Under the pieces are notes generated by a model. That model did no database searches and was not told the origin of the DNA. It saw only the letters and a list, made by a program, of their open reading frames with translations. A DNA stretch of 46,102 nucleotides. Origin: Bacteriovoracia bacterium (GTDB taxonomy: Bacteria; Bdellovibrionota; Bacteriovoracia; Bacteriovoracales; Bacteriovoracaceae). Of this stretch, positions 10,172 through 18,719 are shown in pieces. Positions within the stretch are counted from its first letter, which is position 1. Every line of letters begins with the position of its first letter. The position numbers and the translations under genes are program-made. The DNA lies in contig JBKHVI010000017.1 of NCBI GenBank assembly GCA_046570105.1, positions 1-46,102 on the forward strand. Reading direction: 5' to 3'.

Positions 10172-10204
10172 AAAGGGGTCGCTTGCAAAAGCGGCCCTTT
10201 TTTT
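10172..10204 (+). terminator. Intrinsic terminator
   Basis: GGGTCGCT-tgcaaa-AGCGGCCC stem (one T:G pair) flanked by AAAG and a T7 tract. Confidence 0.8.
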
Positions 10205-10349
10205 CTTACACTGACTAACTTCCTCTTAGGTTTAACCCAATCTTCACCACCTAAGCTTGCTAACTTACCCCCATCTTCTGATAAACTTACTCAATCAAGG
10301 CAGAATCTACCCGCACGCATGAAGAGGAGTCTCTTTCTATAATAAGACT

Positions 10350-11243
10350 ATGACTCATATAAAAATCCTCTTACTCTCACTTATTTTTTCTCTCTCTGCT
10401 TTCGCCAACGAAACAGAACTCAACAATTGGTTGATCGAGCAAGTGCCGGAAGCCAAAGCTTACAGCTCACAGGGACAAGCGCAAAACAGTGCTTTCAATC
10501 CGAAATCAATTAAAGCTCTCGTTTGGAATATCAAAAAAAGTGAGGAAGATGGCTGGCAAGCCGAATTTCTCAATTACACTCGCAATCGTTCGCTCTTCTT
10601 ACTGCAAGAAGTTTATCAAACCTCTCACTTTCAATTCACGCAGAACTTTTTTCCACAGTTTCGTTTTGATATGACGACTGGTTTTAAATATAAAGGAACC
10701 AACACAGGTGTTATGAACGCATCTATTGTGCGTCCTTCGCAGATTCGTTTCAGTCACTCAGTCGATACAGAGCCGGTCGTAAATACGCCCAAGGCCAATA
10801 TCTTTACGAAGTATCCTATCAAGGGCATGACAGAAGAGTTGTTAGTGATTTCAATTCATGGAATCAATCTCACCGGCTTTGATACATTTAAACGTCATAT
10901 GCAACAAATCATTCGTGTCATCAAAGAGCACCAAGGACCAGTCTTATGGGCAGGTGATTTTAACACTCGCACCAAAGAGCGCACTGAGTACCTCATGCAA
11001 CAGACAAAAGAACTGGGCATGACTGAGGTCAAATTTATCAATGGTGACAAAAGAATGGCCTGGATTTTGACTAAGAATTATCTCGATCATGCCTTTGTTC
11101 GCGGCCTGCAAGTGAAACACGCCGAAGTGATTGCCAACTCCAAGGGCAGTGATCATAAGCCGATGATCTTGGATCTATTTATACCTGACGCTTCAGAAAG
11201 AATTTCAAACTCTCCAGGCCATCGCCAAAATCTTTTGGATTAA
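10350..11243 (+). CDS. Exported endonuclease/exonuclease/phosphatase (EEP) family protein, YafD-like
   Basis: Signal peptide; VWNIKK, LLQE, WAGDFN, LDHAF and SDHKP catalytic motifs. Confidence 0.9.
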   Translation: MTHIKILLLSLIFSLSAFANETELNNWLIEQVPEAKAYSSQGQAQNSAFNPKSIKALVWNIKKSEEDGWQAEFLNYTRNRSLFLLQEVYQTSHFQFTQNFFPQFRFDMTTGFKYKGTNTGVMNASIVRPSQIRFSHSVDTEPVVNTPKANIFTKYPIKGMTEELLVISIHGINLTGFDTFKRHMQQIIRVIKEHQGPVLWAGDFNTRTKERTEYLMQQTKELGMTEVKFINGDKRMAWILTKNYLDHAFVRGLQVKHAEVIANSKGSDHKPMILDLFIPDASERISNSPGHRQNLLD

Positions 11244-11862
11244 GTCCGGACAGTTTTAAAAGATTAAGTGCGTCGGGACGATGCTGCTTCAATGGTAGAT
11301 AGATCTTTTGCTGACGCTCAGTCATATTGGCCACCAGCACCTGACCTTCCAAACGATCGATCTCACGATAAACATCATCCAATAAATAATCGATGGGGCC
11401 TTTAATCACTTGGGCCACCAGTTTAGGTTCACTAGAAACCTCGATCAAACTCTCCATGCTTTTAAGAACTTTTATCTCTTCAATAAAATCCCTACTGCGC
11501 TGAAGCTCTTCAATACCCCCTCTATCAATTAGTACCTCACCTACTTCCTCTATAAGACGAGTGAGGTATGAGACTTGAAACGGATTGTTTTCTAGAAAGG
11601 GCATATTCTCAAGGCATATAACACTTTGCATTTTCTCAAATGAGGCCCGCATCTCTTCAGGGGCATAAAAATCATCAAATGATATTTCTGCTAGGATGGG
11701 CTGAACATCCACTGTCGCTAGCTCATCTAATAAACGCTCGAAGCGTGTTAATTCAATCTCACTGAAAAGATCACCCAGGATTGTTTCAAACTCTTTACGA
11801 AAAAGCTCCACCTGAACTTCAAGTTCAAGTGGAGCTGTCGATGAATATAAATAGAGAACCAT
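11179..11862 (-). CDS. Hypothetical protein, translationally coupled to the desaturase
   Basis: 227-aa ORF; its ATG overlaps the desaturase TAA (TAATG). Confidence 0.75.
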   Translation of the reverse strand: MVLYLYSSTAPLELEVQVELFRKEFETILGDLFSEIELTRFERLLDELATVDVQPILAEISFDDFYAPEEMRASFEKMQSVICLENMPFLENNPFQVSYLTRLIEEVGEVLIDRGGIEELQRSRDFIEEIKVLKSMESLIEVSSEPKLVAQVIKGPIDYLLDDVYREIDRLEGQVLVANMTERQQKIYLPLKQHRPDALNLLKLSGLNPKDFGDGLESLKFFLKRQV

Positions 11863-12899
11863 TAAATGGTTGGGTGGACTTTTAAAGTCTTCGGGTGAAT
11901 CAACTCTGTCGAGCTCTTATAGATACGAGGAGTCTTATATAAAAGCTTGAGTGCTTTGAACTTACTCATGACTTGGAAGCGATCAGGGTAGAGCTCACGC
12001 ATTTTGGCATGAACCTTCTTAGCATGACGGCCAGAGAGTCTTGGGAAGATATGGTGTTCCGTGTGGTAACCAAAGTTCAAATGAATGAACTCAAAAAACT
12101 TGTTATTCGTCACCGTCAGAGAATTAACCAGAGGGTCGTTCACTTTTGTATAAGGCGAGAGATTGTGATTGGTCGCTACATAACTCATGTTTGTATAGTT
12201 TTGTGACATGAAAGGAATCACGATCAAAAACAAGATATCATTTAGTCCCACAAACCAAACATAGTTCGCCATCAAGATACAAATCATCGCGAATTCAATG
12301 CTCACCCGTTTGTGATCCATCTTCTCCCACATTTTGTTTCCAAAACGGAAGCTGACTTGATTTATGACAGCTTGTAGAGGGAACCAGTAGCAAAAATATA
12401 GCAAACTAATCTTGGTGCCGCTGCCCGGAGTAAGAGGAAAAATAGCACGCATAAAGCGTGAGCGCTTATACACACTAATGGTTGGGAAAGCGTCTGGATC
12501 TTTATAAAGAAGCTGCGTGTTTCCGTGATGAAGATTGTTGTGCCAGAAACGCCAGTAGGTCGGAGAAATGAAATAAGGAGCAAACCCCAAGAAACCAATA
12601 ATGTCTTGCAACCATTTCTGCTTCACAATCGAGCCATGAAGCGTTTCATGCGCAAGAAAACTCATCGCCACATGACATTGACCCACCACGATCGCCAAGA
12701 ACAGTTTGGCATACCAAGGAAGACCGGCCGTCATAATTAAATAAAGTGACATTACCGAGACCGGAATTAAGACAAACGCCCACAAGGCCCGTGAGGGTGT
12801 TCTTAAAAAGATTTCTTCCGGCAAATGCTTACGCAAATCCGTTTGATACCAAGAAACTGAGCGCAACTCAGATCCTTTAGCAGGTTTAGTTTCATTCAT
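11862..12899 (-). CDS. Membrane fatty acid desaturase
   Basis: Three His boxes (HETLH, HNNLHH, HTEHH) and TM segments. Start taken at MNETK (12899), uncertain. Confidence 0.9.
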   Translation of the reverse strand: MNETKPAKGSELRSVSWYQTDLRKHLPEEIFLRTPSRALWAFVLIPVSVMSLYLIMTAGLPWYAKLFLAIVVGQCHVAMSFLAHETLHGSIVKQKWLQDIIGFLGFAPYFISPTYWRFWHNNLHHGNTQLLYKDPDAFPTISVYKRSRFMRAIFPLTPGSGTKISLLYFCYWFPLQAVINQVSFRFGNKMWEKMDHKRVSIEFAMICILMANYVWFVGLNDILFLIVIPFMSQNYTNMSYVATNHNLSPYTKVNDPLVNSLTVTNNKFFEFIHLNFGYHTEHHIFPRLSGRHAKKVHAKMRELYPDRFQVMSKFKALKLLYKTPRIYKSSTELIHPKTLKVHPTI

Positions 12900-13068
12900 T
12901 TCAGTGAGAGGGATACGAGAGGGCGATATGACTTCAGTCGTATTGATGTCCACGTGACTTCCTAGCAAAAAGTGAAACCCAAAACTAACAGGGTTAACGC
13001 GTTTTGCCTAGGATTCGCATGCATGTGGGTCATCTGTCTAAGCAGATAACCCACTAAAATTACATTAA

Positions 13069-13332
13069 TTAATAGCGGCAACCGCAAAAATCGTAGCTCG
13101 CAACTTCACATGTGCCTGGGCTTTGAGTGCGACTGTAACAATCCCGGAAAGCTCTTTCGGTGGCATCTTCCGCCGAGCGATTACTAGAACCATAATAATG
13201 ACCACGGTCCATATCAGTTACCGAACATTCGCAGCGACGACGCCACTTAAGTTCATTTTCTTCGTTTTGTGTTTCATTGGCAGAAGCCGCACCGACTGAG
13301 GCCAAGAAGGCGATTGCAAGCAAGAGTTTCAT
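13069..13332 (-). CDS. Small exported Cys-rich protein
   Basis: SD AGGAGG; signal peptide; six Cys. Confidence 0.75.
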   Translation of the reverse strand: MKLLLAIAFLASVGAASANETQNEENELKWRRRCECSVTDMDRGHYYGSSNRSAEDATERAFRDCYSRTQSPGTCEVASYDFCGCRY

Positions 13333-13522
13333 AGATCCTCCTAAAAATTTATTAGCAATATTTCAAGATAATCAGTGGCACCATGACCGGGCACAAAAAA
13401 ATGAAATGACTCACTGTTTGGCTTCACAGGTCGTGTAAAACTGACAAAATTGAGAGCTTTTAGCTGCTGACTAGAGATAGATCGACTAATGTTCGCTTAA
13501 TTGATCTCACCCTAGGAGTTTT

Positions 13523-14152
13523 ATGAAATTTATTGCATTGGCTTGCCTACTTTTGAGTTTCCATACACTAGCCGAAGTTCCTTCACGCTTGATCAAAGTT
13601 CTCGATGGCACAACAGCTATCTGCAAAAGCAAACAGGATATCGTTAGACAAGTGAACGGCGCTTACCGTCTCTCAAAACAAAACGTCTCACTAGAAAATG
13701 AAATTCTTAAACTCAGCTATAATGCTGAATTCTTCACGTGTGGTGAATTTAGTGGAGAAATTGGTTTTAAGGCGATCGGCTTTAGTGAAACATTTGAACA
13801 AACGATTTACTCTCTGAATCGCGGAATTTCGACAGCTACGATTTCAACCGAGACAGCTGAATTGCGCTTTATGCGCGATGGAGTTTACAAAATTGTTTCG
13901 ACCATAAATATGGAAAATGCTCCTGCACGCATCAACACTGAAATAGCATTAAGTGATCTATTAAATGAAGCAGAGCTTTTAAAGCTTTCGAACGGAGAAT
14001 CAATCACCGTTTCAGTAGACGCCTTTTTGATCAAAAAAGTTATTTTCACTTCGAGTGAATTAACGATGAAAAATCCAATTAGCTTTGGTGCCTTCCGCAC
14101 TCTTATGACTATTAGTTCAAACAATGGCGTATTAAGCGCCGCCCTTCAGTAA
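13523..14152 (+). CDS. Exported hypothetical protein
   Basis: SD AGGAG; signal peptide MKFIALACLLLSFHTLA; followed by a terminator. Confidence 0.8.
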   Translation: MKFIALACLLLSFHTLAEVPSRLIKVLDGTTAICKSKQDIVRQVNGAYRLSKQNVSLENEILKLSYNAEFFTCGEFSGEIGFKAIGFSETFEQTIYSLNRGISTATISTETAELRFMRDGVYKIVSTINMENAPARINTEIALSDLLNEAELLKLSNGESITVSVDAFLIKKVIFTSSELTMKNPISFGAFRTLMTISSNNGVLSAALQ

Positions 14153-14160
14153 CAATATCC

Positions 14161-14195
14161 AAAGTTGCCCACGATACGATAAGTGGGCAACTTTT
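14161..14195 (+). terminator. Intrinsic terminator
   Basis: AAAGTTGCCCAC-N10-GTGGGCAACTTTT. Confidence 0.75.
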
Positions 14196-14248
14196 CTCAG
14201 TTTTTGGCCATAAAGCCATTCGAAGAATCAAATACTTAGCCCACATTT

Positions 14249-14276
14249 TTGTCATTTCGGCTCACTCGCATACAAT
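14249..14276 (+). promoter_or_regulatory. Sigma70-type promoter of the PilZ gene (leaderless)
   Basis: TTGTCA-16 nt-TACAAT, ending 6 nt before ATG 14283. Confidence 0.6.
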
Positions 14277-14282
14277 AACTGC

Positions 14283-15029
14283 ATGAGAAAAAAGCCCTTC
14301 ATCTTCACGTTGATTTCAATCCTCTGTTTGGTAGAGCCACTCATCAAAGTCCTCTACTTTCGTGCCATCACCCATTTTGACTTTGTCCTGATTATTAAAA
14401 ATCTGAGTGCTCGTGAATCCTTTTTAGAGGTCATCGACTTTTGGCTCGTATTCCCGATAGCGGGGCTTCTCATCATGAAACTTCGCAAATTTAACTATTA
14501 CGCTTTCATGGGCGTCTTGGGATATATCATTTACTCCATCATTACTTACGAAGAATACACTTGGCCCTACAACAGTGATTCACCTTTCTTCTATAACTAC
14601 GCCCTAACCGTCTGCTCGTTGATGGTTTTCATGTACTTCTTGTTGCCTGGAACCAGAAAACCTTTCTTCGACTCTCGTGTGCGCTGGTGGGAGCCGATGA
14701 AGCGCTACAACGTGCTGTTGCCCTGTTTTCTAAGTCGCGGCGACCTTACCTTCACAGGACGTATTCTCAATATTTCTAAATCCGGTGTCTTTATTGAAGA
14801 TTCAGTTCACGTCAAAGTTGGTGACACACTCAAGATGAATTTAAATATTTTTGGGCAGAACCTTGATGTCACTCTAGAAGTCATGAATAAGCACACGATC
14901 AAAGGCCAGGCCGGCTTCGGTGCAAAATTCAGACTGGAAGATTGGATGCAAAACTTTAAAGTTCGCTCGGTGATTAGAAAAATCAAAAATGCTCAGGCAA
15001 CTGAGAAACCTTCTCTCCAAGAAGTTTAA
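14283..15029 (+). CDS. Membrane protein with a C-terminal PilZ domain
   Basis: About four TM helices, then RWWEPMKRY and NISKSGVFI (PilZ RxxxR and D/NxSxxG signature). Confidence 0.85.
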   Translation: MRKKPFIFTLISILCLVEPLIKVLYFRAITHFDFVLIIKNLSARESFLEVIDFWLVFPIAGLLIMKLRKFNYYAFMGVLGYIIYSIITYEEYTWPYNSDSPFFYNYALTVCSLMVFMYFLLPGTRKPFFDSRVRWWEPMKRYNVLLPCFLSRGDLTFTGRILNISKSGVFIEDSVHVKVGDTLKMNLNIFGQNLDVTLEVMNKHTIKGQAGFGAKFRLEDWMQNFKVRSVIRKIKNAQATEKPSLQEV

Positions 15030-15304
15030 AGTAGCCGATCCTCACATTCCTTAAGGCTTAATCCTTCGATCAAAATCGACTTCTGTCTCGAGGAATCTCC
15101 TCTATGCAGGCGGATGGCCTTCATACCCAAACCCAATTTTTTTGCCAAAAATTTTATTAACTCTTCGTTGGCCTTGCCATCTACTGGTGGGGCATGAATA
15201 CGAATTTTTAAGCGACCATCGTGCATGCCCATTATCTCGGAGCACCGCCCTCCTGGCTGAGCATAGACCTCAAGTAAAATTCCCTCTTTGTGCACTTTCA
15301 ACAT
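15026..15304 (-). CDS. yggU: DUF167/UPF0235 (YggU) family protein
   Basis: LKIRIHAPPVDGKANEELIKFLAK and GDSSRQK. Start taken at MLKVH (15304). Confidence 0.88.
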   Translation of the reverse strand: MLKVHKEGILLEVYAQPGGRCSEIMGMHDGRLKIRIHAPPVDGKANEELIKFLAKKLGLGMKAIRLHRGDSSRQKSILIEGLSLKECEDRLL

Positions 15305-15374
15305 ACTTACATTAGGCATTAAGCAGTTAGAAAATGTCACTCGTTTGATTCACCTGCCGTGACATAATAGCGTG

Positions 15375-16256
15375 ATGAAATTTCTTTTTATAATTTGGCT
15401 CACTGTCACATCGGCTTGGGCCAATGAGATTTGTCTTAATCCAGCAGCGCAAAATACCAACTACTGGTATAACAAAACTTCTCAGAGTATCGATGAAGCT
15501 ATCGCTGAGACTCGCACACAGGATCTCTCACTTCAGGTTATGCGCAACTTGCTCGTAACCCGAGCCTATCTCGAGTTTTTTAAAACAGCTTCCAATTCAA
15601 ATGTCAGACTCATGGGTTATGTTTACGCCCATGCCTCTCATCACTTGGGTCGCTTAGTGCGCTATAAATACTGGAGCCAAATTGCTGAATCTCATGAATG
15701 GAAGAAACTAGATTACTCTTTAATTCAGGGCCGTGCACTCGAGCGAACTGTCGCAACATTTCCTCAACTCTTAGCGACTCGCCTGATGGATTTTAGTCTC
15801 GATCTCTACAAAACATTGGCCACTCAACTAACCATTTTAGAAACATGCGGGCCGACTTTCGCCGCCAGGATCACAGATAATTCGCAACTCACATTAGCTT
15901 TTGGCAGCAACTCTCCAGCGGAATTCATGCGCCACTTTGTGGCCTTCGAGCAGAGCTATTTGCAAAAAACTATGTATGCGCAGCTAGATATTATGACGGC
16001 GACAAAATCAGGAATGCTTGATCCTATGCGATTTATTCCATTTAACGGAGAAAGAACAATCTCTTTTGCCGAATGGAGAGAACACGAAGGCCTAAAGGGC
16101 ACATCATTTGACCTCACTCAACGCATTCGTTTTGACCAAATGGTCATTAATTTTGAATTAAATGAAACAGAAAATCGGCCTGGCCTCATGCTTGAACGTC
16201 TAAATAAAACTCAAATTGAAAGTATGTTGGAATTTTTGAAGAATTCTCTAGAGTAG
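15375..16256 (+). CDS. Exported hypothetical protein (possibly DUF2515-like)
   Basis: Signal peptide; RNLLVTRAYLEFF and FEQSYLQ segments. Confidence 0.7.
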   Translation: MKFLFIIWLTVTSAWANEICLNPAAQNTNYWYNKTSQSIDEAIAETRTQDLSLQVMRNLLVTRAYLEFFKTASNSNVRLMGYVYAHASHHLGRLVRYKYWSQIAESHEWKKLDYSLIQGRALERTVATFPQLLATRLMDFSLDLYKTLATQLTILETCGPTFAARITDNSQLTLAFGSNSPAEFMRHFVAFEQSYLQKTMYAQLDIMTATKSGMLDPMRFIPFNGERTISFAEWREHEGLKGTSFDLTQRIRFDQMVINFELNETENRPGLMLERLNKTQIESMLEFLKNSLE

Positions 16257-17078
16257 CTTCAAGGCATTTGAGCCCTGAGTATTAGCCTGCGCACCCACCG
16301 CCGTCGCAGCCGATTGAACTACTGAATTTCGTGCCTGCTTAGATGCCTCTTCAGCGTAATCCAAATCTCTAATGCGAGAATTTGAAGCACTCATATTTAG
16401 CCCATAGGTATCGAGGTTAGATGAACTCACCATCAGACGGTTTTGAATTGAACCTAAGAGAGATCTCTGAGATGAAAGTTTATCTAGGGCCATACCAATA
16501 TTAGCAATACTGTTTTGTGCACTCGCCTTTGTCCCGACAGACAAGCCTGACACACCCAGCCCTGCAGTCGTAGCATTAAAACTCGCCGTGTTCATACTAA
16601 TGCGATCATCAGCTGAGTCTTCACCCACACCGACTTGGAAATCCATCGCAAGATTAGTTCCGTTCAAAACTTTCTTGCCATTAAATTGAGTGACCTGAGC
16701 AATGCGATCCAGTTCATTTTTCATCGTCTGATATTCATAATCTGTCAGACCGCGCTCGGTATCTGAAAGCGTGTCTGTCGCCGCTTGAATGGCGAGCTCA
16801 CGCATTCGAGTCAAGATACTAGAGGATTCATTCAAACCACCCTCGGCAACCTGGACAAGAGAAATAGCATCATTGGCATTTCGATTAGCCTGCTTGGATG
16901 AGCGAATATGTGCTTTGAGTTTTTCCGAGATCGCCAAACCAGCAGCATCGTCTGATGCCTTAGTAATACGCTGCCCAGACGAGAGCTTCCCTAGACTCTC
17001 CTCCGTCTCACGATTAACCGTCGACATCGCTCTCTGCGATGCTAATGCGGCCACATTGGTGTTAATTCTGAAACCCAT
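16248..17078 (-). CDS. fliC: Flagellin (short, D0/D1 only)
   Basis: RINTNVAAL, KLSSGQRITKASDDAAGLAISE, RMRELAIQAA and SRIRDLDYAEE. Confidence 0.95.
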   Translation of the reverse strand: MGFRINTNVAALASQRAMSTVNRETEESLGKLSSGQRITKASDDAAGLAISEKLKAHIRSSKQANRNANDAISLVQVAEGGLNESSSILTRMRELAIQAATDTLSDTERGLTDYEYQTMKNELDRIAQVTQFNGKKVLNGTNLAMDFQVGVGEDSADDRISMNTASFNATTAGLGVSGLSVGTKASAQNSIANIGMALDKLSSQRSLLGSIQNRLMVSSSNLDTYGLNMSASNSRIRDLDYAEEASKQARNSVVQSAATAVGAQANTQGSNALKLL

Positions 17079-17087
17079 ACCTTGGGA

Positions 17088-17114
17088 TTATCGGTAGAAT
17101 TTGCCGATTTATTA
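17088..17114 (-). promoter_or_regulatory. Sigma28 (FliA)-like promoter of the flagellin
   Basis: Minus strand TAAT-N15-ACCGATAA (consensus TAAA-N15-GCCGATAA), 9 nt before the ATG. Confidence 0.6.
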
Positions 17115-17145
17115 ACTTCAGCAATCATCCGATCAAATCACTCAC

Positions 17146-17445
17146 CTATGGCCGAATCTGACAGACCTCATTTTTACAAAAGGTCTGAATTTTGGAGGTA
17201 TCACACGCCTCACACGTACGCTGGCACTTATCCTTTACCCGCCATTGATTATCTAACTTCGTTAAAGCCGCCAGCTTGTTCTTATTCACTGACCACACAT
17301 AAGAGCAACTTCGACAGGCCTCTTGGTAAACCACACAGTCGCTGTCTTGATGGCAGGCAAAGTACATCATAGGAAAGGCGACTTTTGGTTTTAGACATGC
17401 TGAGGCCGAGAGAGAAAACAGCACACCTAGAATAAAATATTTCAT
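17146..17445 (-). CDS. Small exported Cys-rich protein
   Basis: SD GAGGTG; signal peptide MKYFILGVLFSLSASA; ten Cys, including CHQDSDC and CKNEVC. Confidence 0.75.
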   Translation of the reverse strand: MKYFILGVLFSLSASACLKPKVAFPMMYFACHQDSDCVVYQEACRSCSYVWSVNKNKLAALTKLDNQWRVKDKCQRTCEACDTSKIQTFCKNEVCQIRP

Positions 17446-17507
17446 CGTCACACCTCTTGCACCTATTCTAATTCACCCAAAAACATGGGGCAAGATCAGT
17501 TTCCTGA

Positions 17508-17549
17508 CTGATTTAGATCATATTGCTTATCTCTCTAGAGGCGTAGTTT
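17508..17549 (+). promoter_or_regulatory. FNR/CRP-family box plus -10 element upstream of the CBS-USP operon
   Basis: CTGAT-ttag-ATCAT (17508-17521) is centred at -41.5 relative to the -10 TAGTTT (17544-17549). Confidence 0.55.
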
Positions 17550-17566
17550 ATCAACAGGAGGACTCT

Positions 17567-17971
17567 ATGAAACCCATTCCCCAAGTCCAGAAATACATGT
17601 CAACCACCCCGATAAGTGTAGATAAAAATACTAATCTCCTGGTCGCAGCTAAAATGATGAAGGAGCACGATATACGCCATTTGCCTGTGACATATGATGG
17701 GAAACTAGAGGGCATCCTTTCCTCGACTGATATCAACTTGATCCGCACAATTCACGGGGCAGAAATCGAACAACTTTTGGTGCGTGATTGCTTCACGGCC
17801 AATCCAGATACTGTTCAGGCCAGTGCGCTTATTGATTCAGTAATGAGCCATATGGCGAAAAATAAATTTGGCTGCATGCCGGTACTAGATAATGAAAAAC
17901 TTGTAGGGATTTTTACCTGGGTTGATGCTCTCAATGCTGCCAGCGATCTCCTGCACACTCGACTCAAATAA
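17567..17971 (+). CDS. CBS domain-containing protein
   Basis: Tandem CBS repeats: MKEHDIRHLPV...GILS and KFGCMPVLDNEKLVGIFT. Confidence 0.9.
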   Translation: MKPIPQVQKYMSTTPISVDKNTNLLVAAKMMKEHDIRHLPVTYDGKLEGILSSTDINLIRTIHGAEIEQLLVRDCFTANPDTVQASALIDSVMSHMAKNKFGCMPVLDNEKLVGIFTWVDALNAASDLLHTRLK

Positions 17972-17980
17972 GGAGACCTC

Positions 17981-18427
17981 ATGTTGTTTAAAAAAATTGT
18001 TGTCGCTATCGATTTGGATGAAACGACTTGGCCCACTTTGGAAAAGATTCGAGAAATCGGACTCTCAAAAGAAGCAGAAATTCATCTGGTACATGCTTTT
18101 GAAATTGCACCTGTCGCTTATGATTTTTTGGCATCGTACTTACCTACAGATATCGAGAAAAAAGAAATTCAACAAGTGGTGGAAGCAAAAATTGCTGGAC
18201 TCGTAGAGCGCCTAGGTCTCAAAAATCAGTCTAAAATTAAATGTCAGTGCTTAGTGTCTGGTAATGCTCGTCAAGATTTTCTTAACTATGTTGAGAAGTT
18301 GGGATGTGATTTGATCATTACCGCTTCTCAAGAAAAGACCTTAATGCGCGGAATTTTCGAAGGATCGTTTGCTAGTTATCTTAACAAATATGCCCGCCCC
18401 AACCTACTTGTGCTGCGACCGGCATAA
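17981..18427 (+). CDS. Universal stress protein
   Basis: FKKIVVAIDL, IHLVHA, CDLIITAS and GSFA...ARPNLLVLR. Confidence 0.9.
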   Translation: MLFKKIVVAIDLDETTWPTLEKIREIGLSKEAEIHLVHAFEIAPVAYDFLASYLPTDIEKKEIQQVVEAKIAGLVERLGLKNQSKIKCQCLVSGNARQDFLNYVEKLGCDLIITASQEKTLMRGIFEGSFASYLNKYARPNLLVLRPA

Positions 18428-18504
18428 ACAAGGCCGAGACAGTGGCCACAAAGCCGGGCCTCTTTCTCGGCGACTCATTAAACTAGAACAAAAGAGGTGG
18501 TTTA

Positions 18505-18675
18505 ATGTTTGGCCTATTTAAGCAAGATCCAGTCAAAAAACTCAAAGAGCTGTACGCCAAGAAACTCAGTGAAGCTGTCGAAGCACAGCGCAATGGTAAA
18601 ATTGAGCTCTACGCAAATCTTACAGTTGAGTCCGAGAAGATTTTAACGCAAATTGATGAACTGGAAGGTAAATAA
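18505..18675 (+). CDS. Small DUF6435/Lacal_2735-like protein (56 aa, absent from the ORF track)
   Basis: SD AAGAGG; MFGLFKQDPVKKLKELYAKKLSEAVEAQRNGKIELYANLTVESEKILTQIDELEGK. Confidence 0.8.
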   Translation: MFGLFKQDPVKKLKELYAKKLSEAVEAQRNGKIELYANLTVESEKILTQIDELEGK

Positions 18676-18719
18676 AAAGAGCACTGACAGCCGAGCTGAG
18701 AAAGTGTCATGATTGATCC

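Noticed and set aside
10205..10330. Three TAACTT-like motifs in a C-rich intergenic region
   Set aside because: Short, irregularly spaced and not a CRISPR-like or iteron-like array.
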